Notes under the pieces: generated by a model | What the model was told of the DNA's origin: nothing | Databases searched by the model: none | The model's input: the letters and a program-made list of their open reading frames with translations, nothing else | Position numbers and translations under genes: made by a program | NCBI GenBank assembly: GCA_965246715.1 | Contig: CBDFFH010000015.1 | Coordinates: 224,001 to 288,000, forward strand | Source: Chamaesiphon sp. | GTDB lineage: Bacteria; Cyanobacteriota; Cyanobacteriia; Cyanobacteriales; Chamaesiphonaceae | Direction: 5' to 3' | Length of the DNA: 64,000 nucleotides | Shown here: positions 1 to 9,660 of the stretch, in pieces | Layout: each line of letters opens with the position of its first letter | Numbering within the stretch: the first letter of the stretch is position 1

Positions 1-243
1 AGGATCGATGGTTAAGCTATTACGACCCGATATACCGATCAGATCGCTAGTTAATTCCTTCAATCTTGATAATACTTTTGGTAACAGTACCTGTTGCGAT
101 CCAACAGGGGCTGTTGACCAGATTGATTCAAGGACAGCATTTCTAGATAAAGCTCGCGACAGTACCATGATATATTTTCTCTCGATCTGATAGTTGAGAT
201 CGCAAGCCTCTTTCATCTGGCTTTTGCTTAGCGACGCTCGCAT
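1..243 (-). CDS. partial hypothetical protein running off the window start
   Basis: Minus-strand frame open from ATG at 243 (or 216) to position 1: MRASLSKSQMKEACDLNYQIERKYIMVLSRALSRNAVLESIWSTAPVGSQQ...; no family recognised. Confidence 0.35.
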   Translation of the reverse strand, partial: MRASLSKSQMKEACDLNYQIERKYIMVLSRALSRNAVLESIWSTAPVGSQQVLLPKVLSRLKELTSDLIGISGRNSLTIDP

Positions 244-679
244 AAAAACATGGTGACGATCGAACGTACGAGATGTTTCCAATTGGCTCAACTAATGTCA
301 AAGAATTATTTAGCTTGATATTAGTAAATATTAGGCGATCGATTTCTAACTTAAATCAGCAAATTATCTCAACTAAAGTATGTACAAATAGCTTAGGCTA
401 TATATTCGATCCTAGTGCGAGTCAGAGCATCGCCAAGTTTATATTCGCGATCGGTTGGAGTCTCAGCAAGAGCTATCTGGCAAAATTCTACCGTAATAAG
501 CCGATTGAAATCACTCGCTACAAACCCGATTCATAGTTTTAAGATATCATAAAATTTGCCTAGTCGCGCTAGTAATTAGGCAATCAAATGCGATCGACTA
601 GATTGAAATCTCCTGAAGCTTAAGCAATATTCTAGTTATTTAATAGCTATTTCATAGTGGACTACAAGGCTCGGCACTT

Positions 680-1639
680 TTATTTCAATTTGTTGATGAT
701 ACTTATTGCCATTTTAGGTGTTGTTAATTTAGGAACTTTAGCCAAGATCGCGGATTCCCAGGTCTCAAATCTTTGCTGAGGTTGAGTATCGCGCTTATCG
801 ATAATATTCATGGCTAATGTCTCTGCACTGACTATTCCTGACTTTGCCATGCACAGAGTCAGATCGCCGAGATTTAACGTGTTAATTAAATTTAGGGTTC
901 TCGCCAATTTTTCGGGGTCTACAGCTCCGAAGGCATCGGACTTGACTCGATCTTTTGGAGGAGTAGTAGTGGGTGCGGTCTTTTTCGCTGTTGTTGCCTT
1001 CTTGCGCGTCGAGGCTGGTGGTGGTAACTCAATGCTGTTGACCGCTGATGTTAACTGCTGGGGTTGAACTTCTAACTTTTCTGGCTTCTTCTCGGCTTTA
1101 GGATTAACTGTGCGACGAGGCTTTAAGATTGCTAAAATCTGTTTGTGTCGATCGAGTTCGAGGCTAACGGTATCGAGCTGTTGTTGTATCGGTTGCACCT
1201 GTTGCGAGATTTCAGCTCTAAGCTGTAAAGCCAATCGATCGAACAAATCGTGCGGTGACACAGCAGCAGTATCAGCGGTTATCTTCGCAATCGGTAGATC
1301 GATCTTCGTCGGAGTGGATATTATCTGCGATTTAGTTTGCGATAATATTGTCAGTTGAGCGAGTGCAACCTGCCGAACATCCTCGGGAATTATAAAAGCA
1401 TTAACTGTTTCTGCTTTCCGTGAATCTTTTTCTTTAGCTCTGACTGCTGCATAATACTCTAAATCTCCCTGAAGAATACTATATCGATCTACAGATGTTT
1501 GCGTGAGGATCAGCGGACGAATCAATCCGCCAGTTGCTAAAATTAAATCTGCCAATCGTTCGATTTCTGAATCATCAAACTCAGAAATCGATATCTCCGA
1601 GCTAATATTTATAATATCTACAAACAAACATTTAATCAT
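680..1639 (-). CDS. ParB/Srx N-terminal-domain-like protein with coiled coil, Lys/Thr/Pro-rich linker and possible C-terminal HhH-like domain
   Basis: IERLADLILATGGLIRPLIL...YSILQGDLEYYAA resembles the ParBc fold; lies directly downstream of a ParA gene. Confidence 0.7.
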   Translation of the reverse strand: MIKCLFVDIINISSEISISEFDDSEIERLADLILATGGLIRPLILTQTSVDRYSILQGDLEYYAAVRAKEKDSRKAETVNAFIIPEDVRQVALAQLTILSQTKSQIISTPTKIDLPIAKITADTAAVSPHDLFDRLALQLRAEISQQVQPIQQQLDTVSLELDRHKQILAILKPRRTVNPKAEKKPEKLEVQPQQLTSAVNSIELPPPASTRKKATTAKKTAPTTTPPKDRVKSDAFGAVDPEKLARTLNLINTLNLGDLTLCMAKSGIVSAETLAMNIIDKRDTQPQQRFETWESAILAKVPKLTTPKMAISIINKLK

Positions 1640-1666
1640 TGGTGTAAATTATTTTTACAGGTTAAT

Positions 1667-3037
1667 CTATTTCTTTAAACCCATCTTGCTTAACACTTCA
1701 TCTGCCAGAACTTCAAATTCCATTGCGGATATTTGAGCGGTACTTTTGACTTCATCGGCATATTTGAAAATTGATTTAGGATCTGGATATTCTAATCCAC
1801 CGACGATGACAGTTTTATTAAAAGATTCGGATAATGCCGTGCGATCGTAAATTACTGACTCCATAAGCGGCATTCCATATCGTCGGCTGATTACTTCTCG
1901 CTGCTTGGGAAAAGTATACTCGAGATATCGAGCATTAGTAGATATTTTAGATGCCAATACGCCCAACAGTTCGATCGGTTTTCTGCCAAATGAATAGCGG
2001 TTTTCATTAATGCTTCTAATAAACTCCTTGACTGTTGGCAAACCCTGATTTGCAAATGGTTTGAGATCGGAGGGGATTAACAAATAGTCAGCAGTAATTA
2101 GCGCGATTTCCGCATAAATATCGCGTGAAGGAGGAGTATCGATAATTACTAGATCGTAATCATTTTCGACTTGCTTGAGTTTAGCAATCAATCTAGTACG
2201 ACTGGAGACTTTTGTTGTCAATTCGCCTTGATTGACGATCAGATTAATATGTGCTGGAATTACTCCAATTTCTGGATCGCTAAAATACTCTGACACGCGC
2301 ACGATTTCGGAGATCGAGCCAGTCTCTGCACTAGCAATCAAATTATAAACATTCCGCTCGCGTAGATCGTCATCTTCCTCAAATTCAAACTTGACTAACC
2401 CGGTTGCAAAGGTACTATTTGCCTGAGCATCGATATCGATGAGTAACACTCGATAACCTTTTATACTAAAAGCTGCAGCTAGATTGGTAGAAACTGTAGT
2501 TTTACCGACTCCGCCTTTATTGTGATAGATAGCAATAGTTTTCATAGATGATGCGCTAGGAGCTAAAGGTTGTGTGCGAACAGCTGCGGTTTTAATCGAT
2601 AATAGTTGAGATTGTAAACGATCGCGTCCGATTAATTCGATCATCTCGGGCAATCGATCTTCGATATCTCTACCCTTGCAATTAAATACCAGTTCGATCG
2701 AACCTAGCGAGTGTTGATAAATTCTTAATTCCTTGCCATTGGTTAACAAGCCGTAACAAATATTCAAGCTGGTTAAATAACGACGGATTTGATGAACGTG
2801 ATTGTCGAGATTCTTGCGAGGATGCTTGGCTTCAATTATCAGTCCCAATGGCGATTTGACATCTAATTTAAAAGGTCGAGCTTCGGTAAAAACTAAAAAG
2901 TCAAGTCGAATACTCCCAAAAGTTACCTCTTGATGCCAAGTCTCAGGAGCATATCCTAGTTTTGGGAGTAAATATCGCACGATTAGCTTACTTTCAACTT
3001 CGCTCTCGTTCCGACACAGCTCGGGATTGAACTTCAA
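1667..3037 (-). CDS. ParA/Soj-family ATPase fused to an N-terminal HsdR_N-like PD-(D/E)xK nuclease domain
   Basis: N-term ESEVESKLI..LGY..QEV..RLDFLVF..IIEAKHP..QIRRY..LLTNGKELRIY; C-term deviant Walker A NKGGVGKTT, LLIDIDAQAN, IIDTPP; TTG start. Confidence 0.88.
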   Translation of the reverse strand: MKFNPELCRNESEVESKLIVRYLLPKLGYAPETWHQEVTFGSIRLDFLVFTEARPFKLDVKSPLGLIIEAKHPRKNLDNHVHQIRRYLTSLNICYGLLTNGKELRIYQHSLGSIELVFNCKGRDIEDRLPEMIELIGRDRLQSQLLSIKTAAVRTQPLAPSASSMKTIAIYHNKGGVGKTTVSTNLAAAFSIKGYRVLLIDIDAQANSTFATGLVKFEFEEDDDLRERNVYNLIASAETGSISEIVRVSEYFSDPEIGVIPAHINLIVNQGELTTKVSSRTRLIAKLKQVENDYDLVIIDTPPSRDIYAEIALITADYLLIPSDLKPFANQGLPTVKEFIRSINENRYSFGRKPIELLGVLASKISTNARYLEYTFPKQREVISRRYGMPLMESVIYDRTALSESFNKTVIVGGLEYPDPKSIFKYADEVKSTAQISAMEFEVLADEVLSKMGLKK

Positions 3038-3234
3038 GATCGACCTCTAACTTTAGTACTGAAAATATCATAGATAACGAATCTATACTAGGTAAAATTT
3101 TGCTCTGAGTGGTGAATAGTTTGGCGATCGCTTGACATTTACCTGCAATACAATTAATTCCAGAAAATTTGACGCACCAATTTTACCAGATAAAAATAAT
3201 TAACTGAAAATCGACCATCTCGATCGATTAGAGA

Positions 3235-3474
3235 TTAACGTGTAATACCTCTAATCATATATCCCATCACCAATCCAACAGCTAAAGCGCCAGCTTTTCC
3301 AGTTTGGAGAAAGTCCGTCCAACCATTTTGAATATTGGCCATCAGATCCACATTTTGCATCTGTTGTGCTAAAACTAAGCCATGAGTAGTAACATCAAAG
3401 TGCAAGGCTAAATCGGTGCCGATTACTGTCACTGAGGGCAAACCGTGCGTCATCGCGAAGATGGTTAGTTGCAT
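3235..3474 (-). CDS. small conserved membrane protein
   Basis: 79 aa; C-terminal hydrophobic GALAVGLVMGYMIRG typical of small cyanobacterial membrane proteins. Confidence 0.6.
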   Translation of the reverse strand: MQLTIFAMTHGLPSVTVIGTDLALHFDVTTHGLVLAQQMQNVDLMANIQNGWTDFLQTGKAGALAVGLVMGYMIRGITR

Positions 3475-3552
3475 AAATAAATCTCAATTATGATGATAAT
3501 TATGCTTATTATGCCCGTGCGCGATCTCGAATCGATCGAGTCGCTGCTAATG

Positions 3553-4890
3553 TTATTTAGGTACAACAGCAAAATTGCGTTCCGGATCGCCAAAATAGGC
3601 TGGCTGTCGATCGTGTTTGGTGACAACTAACGGTACTGGTGTAACTCGACCCCAGGCTTGCAGCAACGATTGGAGCAATGTATCCTGCTGTTGGCGCAGT
3701 TTGGGAATTTGCGAGCCTTTATTGACGATTACAAACCAAACTAACCCGCGATTGGCAGTTGGTAGTACCCCCGCTAGAGCACTCACCTCATTGAGCGTAC
3801 CTGTTTTGATCGTCGCGCCCACTGGTAACTGTCGGTCTTTGAGCGTGCCGATCTGTTCTGCGCCAGCTACGGGAAAGATATCTGCTAAGTTGAGATTTGC
3901 CGCTTGCAGCGTCTGGTGCAGGGTGCGAAAAATCTGACTGACGGCACGGGGAGAGATCCGATTTTGGACTCCCAAGCCAGAACCATTAATTAATTGAATC
4001 TCTGCTGGTGGAAAGTTGGCGGTAGTCGCGACGATATTCATCACCCGATCGGCTCCACCGACACCATCTGCTAAAATTTGAGCGATTTCGTTATTACTAT
4101 AGATATTCATCTGCCGCACGATATCGACTAGCGGCAAGGAGCGATGGCGGATCAAGGGTATGCTGTTGGGCGGTGGCGCGATTGAGATAATTACTTTGCC
4201 GCTGATTGGCGCTTGTGGCAGCTTTGTTGGATCGGTTGTTGGTGCTGTTGGCAGCTTGACGATATTGACATCTTTAAAGTCGGTTTTGAGCAGTGCTGGT
4301 GGCAGATTTATCCCCGTTAAGGCTTTCTTGAGCAATTCTCCAGCTTTTTGCGGATCTGCTTGATAGTTCATGTGGAAGTTACCGACGACGATTAGATTCC
4401 CGCTAATCCGATTTATTCCTAATTTATTCAAACTTTGCGCTAACGCGATCGCATCTTCCCAGACGAATAACGGATCGCCGCCCCCACGAACGATCAAATT
4501 GCCGACTAATACTCCCTGTTCGATCTTGCCGTCAGTGCCGATTTCAGTATCGAATGTTTTATCCAGTCCCCACTTGGTAATTGCGGCCAGCGAAGTGGCT
4601 GTTTTGGTCAGGGAGGCTACCGGAACGGGAATCGTACTGTTGCGATCGATTAACACGTTACCATCGGTACGCAGCCAAACTGCTTGCTGTTTGGGATCTA
4701 ACCCTTGTGCTTTGAGCGTCAGCAGATAGCGATCGATTATTTGTTGCACTCCTGGCTCTACTGGCGTAGGTGGCGTGAGCCAGGATAATCCTTGCCAAGT
4801 GATGGCTTGAGCTGGAGACGCTACCTGCGGATTAACTCCCGCTAGATTTAACCACATTCCCACGAATCCAGACGAAACTAATTGCAACAT
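3553..4890 (-). CDS. dacB: D-alanyl-D-alanine carboxypeptidase/endopeptidase (peptidase S13, PBP4)
   Basis: SxxK (ASLTK), SNN, NGSGL and KTGTL motifs. Confidence 0.9.
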   Translation of the reverse strand: MLQLVSSGFVGMWLNLAGVNPQVASPAQAITWQGLSWLTPPTPVEPGVQQIIDRYLLTLKAQGLDPKQQAVWLRTDGNVLIDRNSTIPVPVASLTKTATSLAAITKWGLDKTFDTEIGTDGKIEQGVLVGNLIVRGGGDPLFVWEDAIALAQSLNKLGINRISGNLIVVGNFHMNYQADPQKAGELLKKALTGINLPPALLKTDFKDVNIVKLPTAPTTDPTKLPQAPISGKVIISIAPPPNSIPLIRHRSLPLVDIVRQMNIYSNNEIAQILADGVGGADRVMNIVATTANFPPAEIQLINGSGLGVQNRISPRAVSQIFRTLHQTLQAANLNLADIFPVAGAEQIGTLKDRQLPVGATIKTGTLNEVSALAGVLPTANRGLVWFVIVNKGSQIPKLRQQQDTLLQSLLQAWGRVTPVPLVVTKHDRQPAYFGDPERNFAVVPK

Positions 4891-5130
4891 GTTGTTAGTG
4901 CGATCGATTACAGCAGCTTGTTGGTCGATTATGTATCATGACATCATATCTGCTCTCGCTACGGAGTTACTATTAAATTTACTAGTTAATCGTCACTGGT
5001 CTTCATACCGAGCGCTATGCTCAAATCTGTAATAATTCCGTCGACACCGATCGAGTTTCGTCGAGATGGGCTATGATATTTACTTAATATTTGCCCCGAA
5101 TCTTTATTCTTTTTAAACAAATTTCGATCC

Positions 5131-5553
5131 ATGAATTCAGTTATTACTGGCGGAAGATCGGTCACCGATAGGATTCTCATCGTTGATGATTCCCCCGAAA
5201 TATTGTCCTTAACCGATGCTATTTTATCCTCCGCAGGCTATGAGGTTATTTCCTATGCTGAAGGATTAATCGCGCTGCAGATTATGGAGTTGATGCCGCC
5301 AGATCTGATTATTTTGGATATCACCATGCCCGAAATCGATGGGTATGAAATGACTAGACGGATCAGAAGCAACCCAAAGTGGGACATGCTACCGATTTTG
5401 TTATCTACAGCACTCGATCGCTCTCAAGCTGTCTTAGGATTAGAATGCGGTGCCGACGACATTCTCAGCAAGCCATTCTCGATCGATGACTTACTAGGCA
5501 AAGTGAGTTTATTGCTGCACTCACGTTACCGTCAACAATTGCGAGCTAGTTGA
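5131..5553 (+). CDS. single-domain response regulator (REC)
   Basis: ILIVDD, PDLIILDITMPEIDG, KPF. Confidence 0.9.
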   Translation: MNSVITGGRSVTDRILIVDDSPEILSLTDAILSSAGYEVISYAEGLIALQIMELMPPDLIILDITMPEIDGYEMTRRIRSNPKWDMLPILLSTALDRSQAVLGLECGADDILSKPFSIDDLLGKVSLLLHSRYRQQLRAS

Positions 5554-5729
5554 GAGATAGGGACTTGTTTGGATCCAAGTATTCTCGTCACGTTGATTCG
5601 TGTCGATCGCTCGTTCTTACGCCAAGATCCAGCTAAATTCGACGATTTACCCGATCGATTGCCGGAAAATATGACTCCCATATTAGTTCGATCGAGTGAA
5701 ATTTGTCGAGGATGAGACTCAAAAGCTAT

Positions 5730-7142
5730 TTATAAATATTCAGCCAATCTCGGTCTGAGTCCGAATAAAGTTAAGATGGCGATGCTACCGATCGAGACAC
5801 AAGCAATAACTTCAAAATTATTCAAATTATTGAATCCAGCAGTTATTTTTGCTTCAAAAGCTTGCTCATTAATGAGTTTTACTTTTTGATTTGCTGCCTT
5901 ATATTGCTCGAATGCCCAATTTGATTGCCCTGGATTATTCCCAGTACATAAGGCGATTGCTTCGGCAATTTTGCCACTCTGATATAACTGGCGAATCTCT
6001 CCATCGATTTTGAGATATTCATCTAATTTAGTCAGCGTTTCAATTGTTCCCGCTAGCTCTCCTTCAAAAGTGAGATTTTTTAACTGCTCGGCATACAAGC
6101 CCGTAAATCCACTCAGCTGAAATTTTTGCTCTCCTGACAATTTTTTGAGATTGGCAATCACACTTTTTAAAGTTGTACCCTGTGGCAACGTGACAAGTTT
6201 AGCAATCTTCACTTTGAAGGCGCGATCGTGTTTATCTTTATTTTCAGTGTCTACTAGATAGCGACTCTCATCAGCATTAGCCATGTATGACAAAGCACGA
6301 GCTTGGCGGAGGCTATGAATCGAGTCGAAAGCATCTTCTTTAGCAACTTTGAGATTGTTAGTCGCACTGACGATCGAATTCATCGTGTAGCCTAAAAATA
6401 AGAGCGCGATCGCACTAGCACCGAGCAACGGCAAATTGATCGTCCGGCGCATTCGTTGATAGATAAATAACTGAAGCAGTCCTAAAATACCGATTAGAGC
6501 GAGTCCGATTAAGGCGATAATTAAAGATATAATTCCATTATATATACCTCGATCGTTATAAGTGCCTTCTAACTCTTGAGAATTTACTCGATCGAGTTGT
6601 TCTGCTTGCGGTAAAATATCGCGATCGATTAGATCTGCAGCAGTTCGATACACAGTCAAAGCGCCAACTCGATCGCCACGTCTGCGCGCATCTCGTGCTT
6701 CCTGCAACCTTAAAAAATATTCGCTACCTTTAAGTTGTAAATCTTGGACGAGCTTTTCTTCATTTGGATATGTAATGTTCTTTGCCACAGATACCAATCG
6801 CTCGGCAATTTTCTTCTGATTCTTTTCAAAATCTGCAAATACTTGAGTTAGTTCTTTTTGATTTTTAACTGGATCTAATAATAATTCATTGGCTAAACTT
6901 GCATCGATATCGGCAAATGAATCTCTAAGTTGTTGAGCAGCCAAGATACTTGGTGCGGCATCTTTACCCACTGTTTTAATAGTTTGGCGCTGAGAACCCA
7001 CTCCGGAGATACTGACTAATAATAATAGTAAACTCGCCCCCCAGACTGCGTATAAACCACTGCGCAAAAGCTGTGGCGTATTAAATTTCTTGGTAATGTT
7101 CTGCGTTGGCTTGGGAATAGAGTTCATGTAACTATGCTCCAA
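5730..7142 (-). CDS. 4-TM membrane protein with two extracytoplasmic helical bundles (GlnX-like)
   Basis: TM-bundle-TM-TM-bundle-TM layout; AAQQLRDSFADIDASLANELL and ARALSYMANADESRYLV resemble actinobacterial GlnX bundles; probable start ATG 7127. Confidence 0.6.
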   Translation of the reverse strand: MEHSYMNSIPKPTQNITKKFNTPQLLRSGLYAVWGASLLLLLVSISGVGSQRQTIKTVGKDAAPSILAAQQLRDSFADIDASLANELLLDPVKNQKELTQVFADFEKNQKKIAERLVSVAKNITYPNEEKLVQDLQLKGSEYFLRLQEARDARRRGDRVGALTVYRTAADLIDRDILPQAEQLDRVNSQELEGTYNDRGIYNGIISLIIALIGLALIGILGLLQLFIYQRMRRTINLPLLGASAIALLFLGYTMNSIVSATNNLKVAKEDAFDSIHSLRQARALSYMANADESRYLVDTENKDKHDRAFKVKIAKLVTLPQGTTLKSVIANLKKLSGEQKFQLSGFTGLYAEQLKNLTFEGELAGTIETLTKLDEYLKIDGEIRQLYQSGKIAEAIALCTGNNPGQSNWAFEQYKAANQKVKLINEQAFEAKITAGFNNLNNFEVIACVSIGSIAILTLFGLRPRLAEYL

Positions 7143-7476
7143 TTATAAATATCGAAATCATCAAATCGATCCGATCGAACTGTTGATTGGGACGATCTTA
7201 GCTATATATGTCGATCCCGTTCCGGTCATTTGGGATATTCGGTACCGTAGAGTAGTATTTTAGCCCCTGGATGGGAGCATCGGCATCACCTAATCTTGTC
7301 AAGTAGATAAAGTGCCAAAGCGACTGCTATTTAAAGAGTGCTCTTTTCTCGATTTGAGTGTTTACCCTTTATCGCGATCGGCCGATGTACTACTAGTCAC
7401 AAATCTTAATGGAAATTCTCATCAAATTATCCTAAGCTATCCAAATAGTGGGTATTTAATATTCGGAAATTTTAAT

Positions 7477-8193
7477 ATGAGTTCTAATTTAGCTACTAAA
7501 CTCCGCGAAGGTACCAAAAAGTCTCACAGTATGGCTGAGAGCACGGGCTTCATTGCCTGTTTCCTCAAAGGTACCGTCGAGAAAAAATCCTACCGTAAGC
7601 TCGTAACAAACCTTTACTTCGTCTACTCGGCGATGGAAGAGGAAATGCACAAACACGCTCACGACCCGATTTTATCACGAGTCTTTTTCCCCGAACTCGA
7701 TCGCAAAGCTGCACTAGAGCAAGACTTAGCTTTTTATTATGGTGCCAACTGGCGCGAGCAAGTAGCACCTTCTGAGGCTACAAAGAAATATATCGCGCGC
7801 ATTCATGAAGTTGCCAATAGCGACCCCGCACTGATGGTCGCACACCTTTATACTCGCTACTTGGGCGACCTCTCCGGCGGTCAAATCCTCAAGAAAATCG
7901 CTCAGAACGCGATGAACCTCACTGATGGTGAAGGAACTGCTTTCTATGAGTTCGAGCAAATCCCTGATGAGAAGGTATTTAAAAACAATTACCGTCAAAT
8001 CATGAATGACTTACCCATCGACGAAGCTAAAGCTGATGAAGTCGTTGATGAAGCCAATGCTGCTTTTGATATGAACATGACCATGTTCAATGAATTAGAA
8101 GGTAATCTGATTAAAGCCATCGGCATTCAATTATTTAATCTCTTGACTCGCAAACGCAACCGCAACGAATCCGAACTAGCCACTGCGGAATAG
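7477..8193 (+). CDS. ho1: heme oxygenase 1 (biliverdin-producing, ferredoxin-dependent)
   Basis: MSSNLATKLREGTKKSHSMAE, HLYTRYLGDLSGGQILK; start moved to ATG 7477. Confidence 0.95.
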   Translation: MSSNLATKLREGTKKSHSMAESTGFIACFLKGTVEKKSYRKLVTNLYFVYSAMEEEMHKHAHDPILSRVFFPELDRKAALEQDLAFYYGANWREQVAPSEATKKYIARIHEVANSDPALMVAHLYTRYLGDLSGGQILKKIAQNAMNLTDGEGTAFYEFEQIPDEKVFKNNYRQIMNDLPIDEAKADEVVDEANAAFDMNMTMFNELEGNLIKAIGIQLFNLLTRKRNRNESELATAE

Positions 8194-8249
8194 GAGATAG
8201 GGCTTCGAGTTTAGAACTATCCATTGCTCCAAATAATATAAATATTTAA

Positions 8250-8286
8250 AAATAGGATGATGGGCATTTTGCCCATCATCCTATTT
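8250..8286. terminator. bidirectional hairpin terminator between convergent genes
   Basis: AAATAGGATGATGGGC-ATTTT-GCCCATCATCCTATTT perfect inverted repeat. Confidence 0.8.
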
Positions 8287-8287
8287 G

Positions 8288-8716
8288 CTAATTTCTAACC
8301 CCTAACTCAAACTCACTCCACCGCCGACAGATTTGTTGATAACATTCTGGTGGTGGAGTTTTTAGGCGTTGACACCAGCCGATATCTAGATTTATGCCAG
8401 ATTCGATCGCAAAAACTAATTCGGTTTCTGGTCGATAATCAGCAACAGCAGGTAAGATAGATTCGATCGATTGTATCGGTACTAGCCATTCCTGCAAATA
8501 TAACGATAATTGCGGCTGAGGAATATACCGAAAATTAAGATTCGGTTCCGTACTACCCGCCCAAGTATAGTCAGAATCATCCATCCAATCCACATCGCTA
8601 CTGATGACGACTAACCCCCGATCGCCATGAAGATAGCCTTGCCAAGCATGGTACCCGATCCATAGGAAGTTTTGGGCGAACAGATCTGTACGGCGCGATC
8701 GATTATAGTGCCGCAT
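8288..8716 (-). CDS. conserved hypothetical protein coupled to DUF1636
   Basis: ATG 8716 overlaps the end of the upstream gene; IGYHAWQGYL..RGLVV..YRPETELV..PPPECY..RRWSEF. Confidence 0.7.
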   Translation of the reverse strand: MRHYNRSRRTDLFAQNFLWIGYHAWQGYLHGDRGLVVISSDVDWMDDSDYTWAGSTEPNLNFRYIPQPQLSLYLQEWLVPIQSIESILPAVADYRPETELVFAIESGINLDIGWCQRLKTPPPECYQQICRRWSEFELGVRN

Positions 8717-9113
8717 GGGTAGTAGGGATAGAGAGTGGCGGAATCTTGGCCAAAATACCTTGCTTGAGTGGCGCTGGACGCTCTGCCCAAGGTAATAAGC
8801 CCGTGGGATGCTGATAATACTTCCGAGCACAGTCGAGAATATTACTTAAGGGGATAGCGACATCATTTGCCGGAATATCACCAAATAAATAGGTATGCTT
8901 CCCCGCTGCTGCAAAGGAAATCGCACAAGAGCGGCTGCAAGCACTCATGCAGCCGACCGCCTGAATTGGAAACTCTGCTGCTAAATCCCAGGTTTGATGC
9001 AAAGCTGCCAACTGTTGGAGTAGTATTTCGCCGTCGCTGGTACCGACGCGCTGACCATTTTCCCACTTACTACCGCAAGTGGTACATACGAATAAACAAT
9101 GTTGTGGATTCAC
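8703..9113 (-). CDS. DUF1636 family Cys-rich metal-binding (thioredoxin-like) protein, cobalamin-associated
   Basis: LFVCTTC, VGCMSACSRSCAI, YLFGD, PWAERP; GTG start with GAGG RBS. Confidence 0.88.
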   Translation of the reverse strand: MNPQHCLFVCTTCGSKWENGQRVGTSDGEILLQQLAALHQTWDLAAEFPIQAVGCMSACSRSCAISFAAAGKHTYLFGDIPANDVAIPLSNILDCARKYYQHPTGLLPWAERPAPLKQGILAKIPPLSIPTTHAAL

Positions 9114-9147
9114 CTAATGCCTCGTAGGTTAATTTGTCGAAGATGTG

Positions 9148-9278
9148 AGTGCTGGCGGGCGTTCTGACTTTATCGAGGTGCTAAAGCATCGATGTACAGT
9201 TGCGGGACAGTGCTGGATTTTCACCAGGCTTTCCCCATTACTTTGAGTGGCTGTTCCCCACTCAAACCAGAGCGAAAT
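9148..9278 (-). ncRNA. cobalamin (B12) riboswitch
   Basis: Minus strand reads GGGGAAAGCCTGGTGAAAATCCAGCACTGTCCCGCAACTGT...AAGTCAGAACGCCCGCC (B12 box); TATAAT at 9287-9282 upstream; precedes DUF1636. Confidence 0.92.
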
Positions 9279-9436
9279 TTCATTATACAGGTTTCGGGAG
9301 AACTGAGTTCGATTCTCTTTTTAGCCGATCGAGGACTTGCCAGACTCGATCGAGTTTTCCCAACCGCGCTCCTCGTTCGCGACCTTAGATATTGGTAGCT
9401 AAAAATTCGCGATCGGTCTGAATCGCGAATTTTTAG

Positions 9437-9643
9437 CTAAAACTAAAGCCCCGATCGCAATTGCGAGGCAGGGTGGTTTCATACAAGAAAATAAAAATGC
9501 AAGAACCTTGGTGCTCAGTCTTCAACCGCCCTGAAATGAATTTCGGGCTAAGAGCAAAAGTCCACTGCAGTGGACTGAGCGATTTTTCTTTCGGTGTATG
9601 AAACCACCCTGCCGATCGCAATTGCGAGGGGCTTTAGTTTTAG
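9437..9643. mobile_element. MITE-like element with ~49-bp terminal inverted repeats and internal REP-like hairpins
   Basis: CTAAAACTAAAGCCCC..TCGCAATTGCGA..GGCAGGGTGGTTTCATACA mirrored at 9595-9643. Confidence 0.75.
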
Positions 9644-9660
9644 ATTTGAGAGATCGGATG

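Noticed and set aside
555..583. TTGCCTA...TAGGCAA inverted repeat as a possible parS
   Set aside because: Short, single and unlike known parS; could be chance or a terminator
7386..7401. NtcA-like site TGTA-N8-CACA upstream of ho1
   Set aside because: Imperfect right half and no -10 box at the canonical ~22-nt spacing
7312..7476. 55-aa N-terminal extension of heme oxygenase in the ORF track
   Set aside because: The family-typical start MSSNLATKLREG begins at ATG 7477; the upstream part looks like promoter/UTR
9192..9621. Small ORFs 9192-9398, 9200-9388 and 9433-9621
   Set aside because: They overlap the riboswitch, its promoter and a MITE; no protein features
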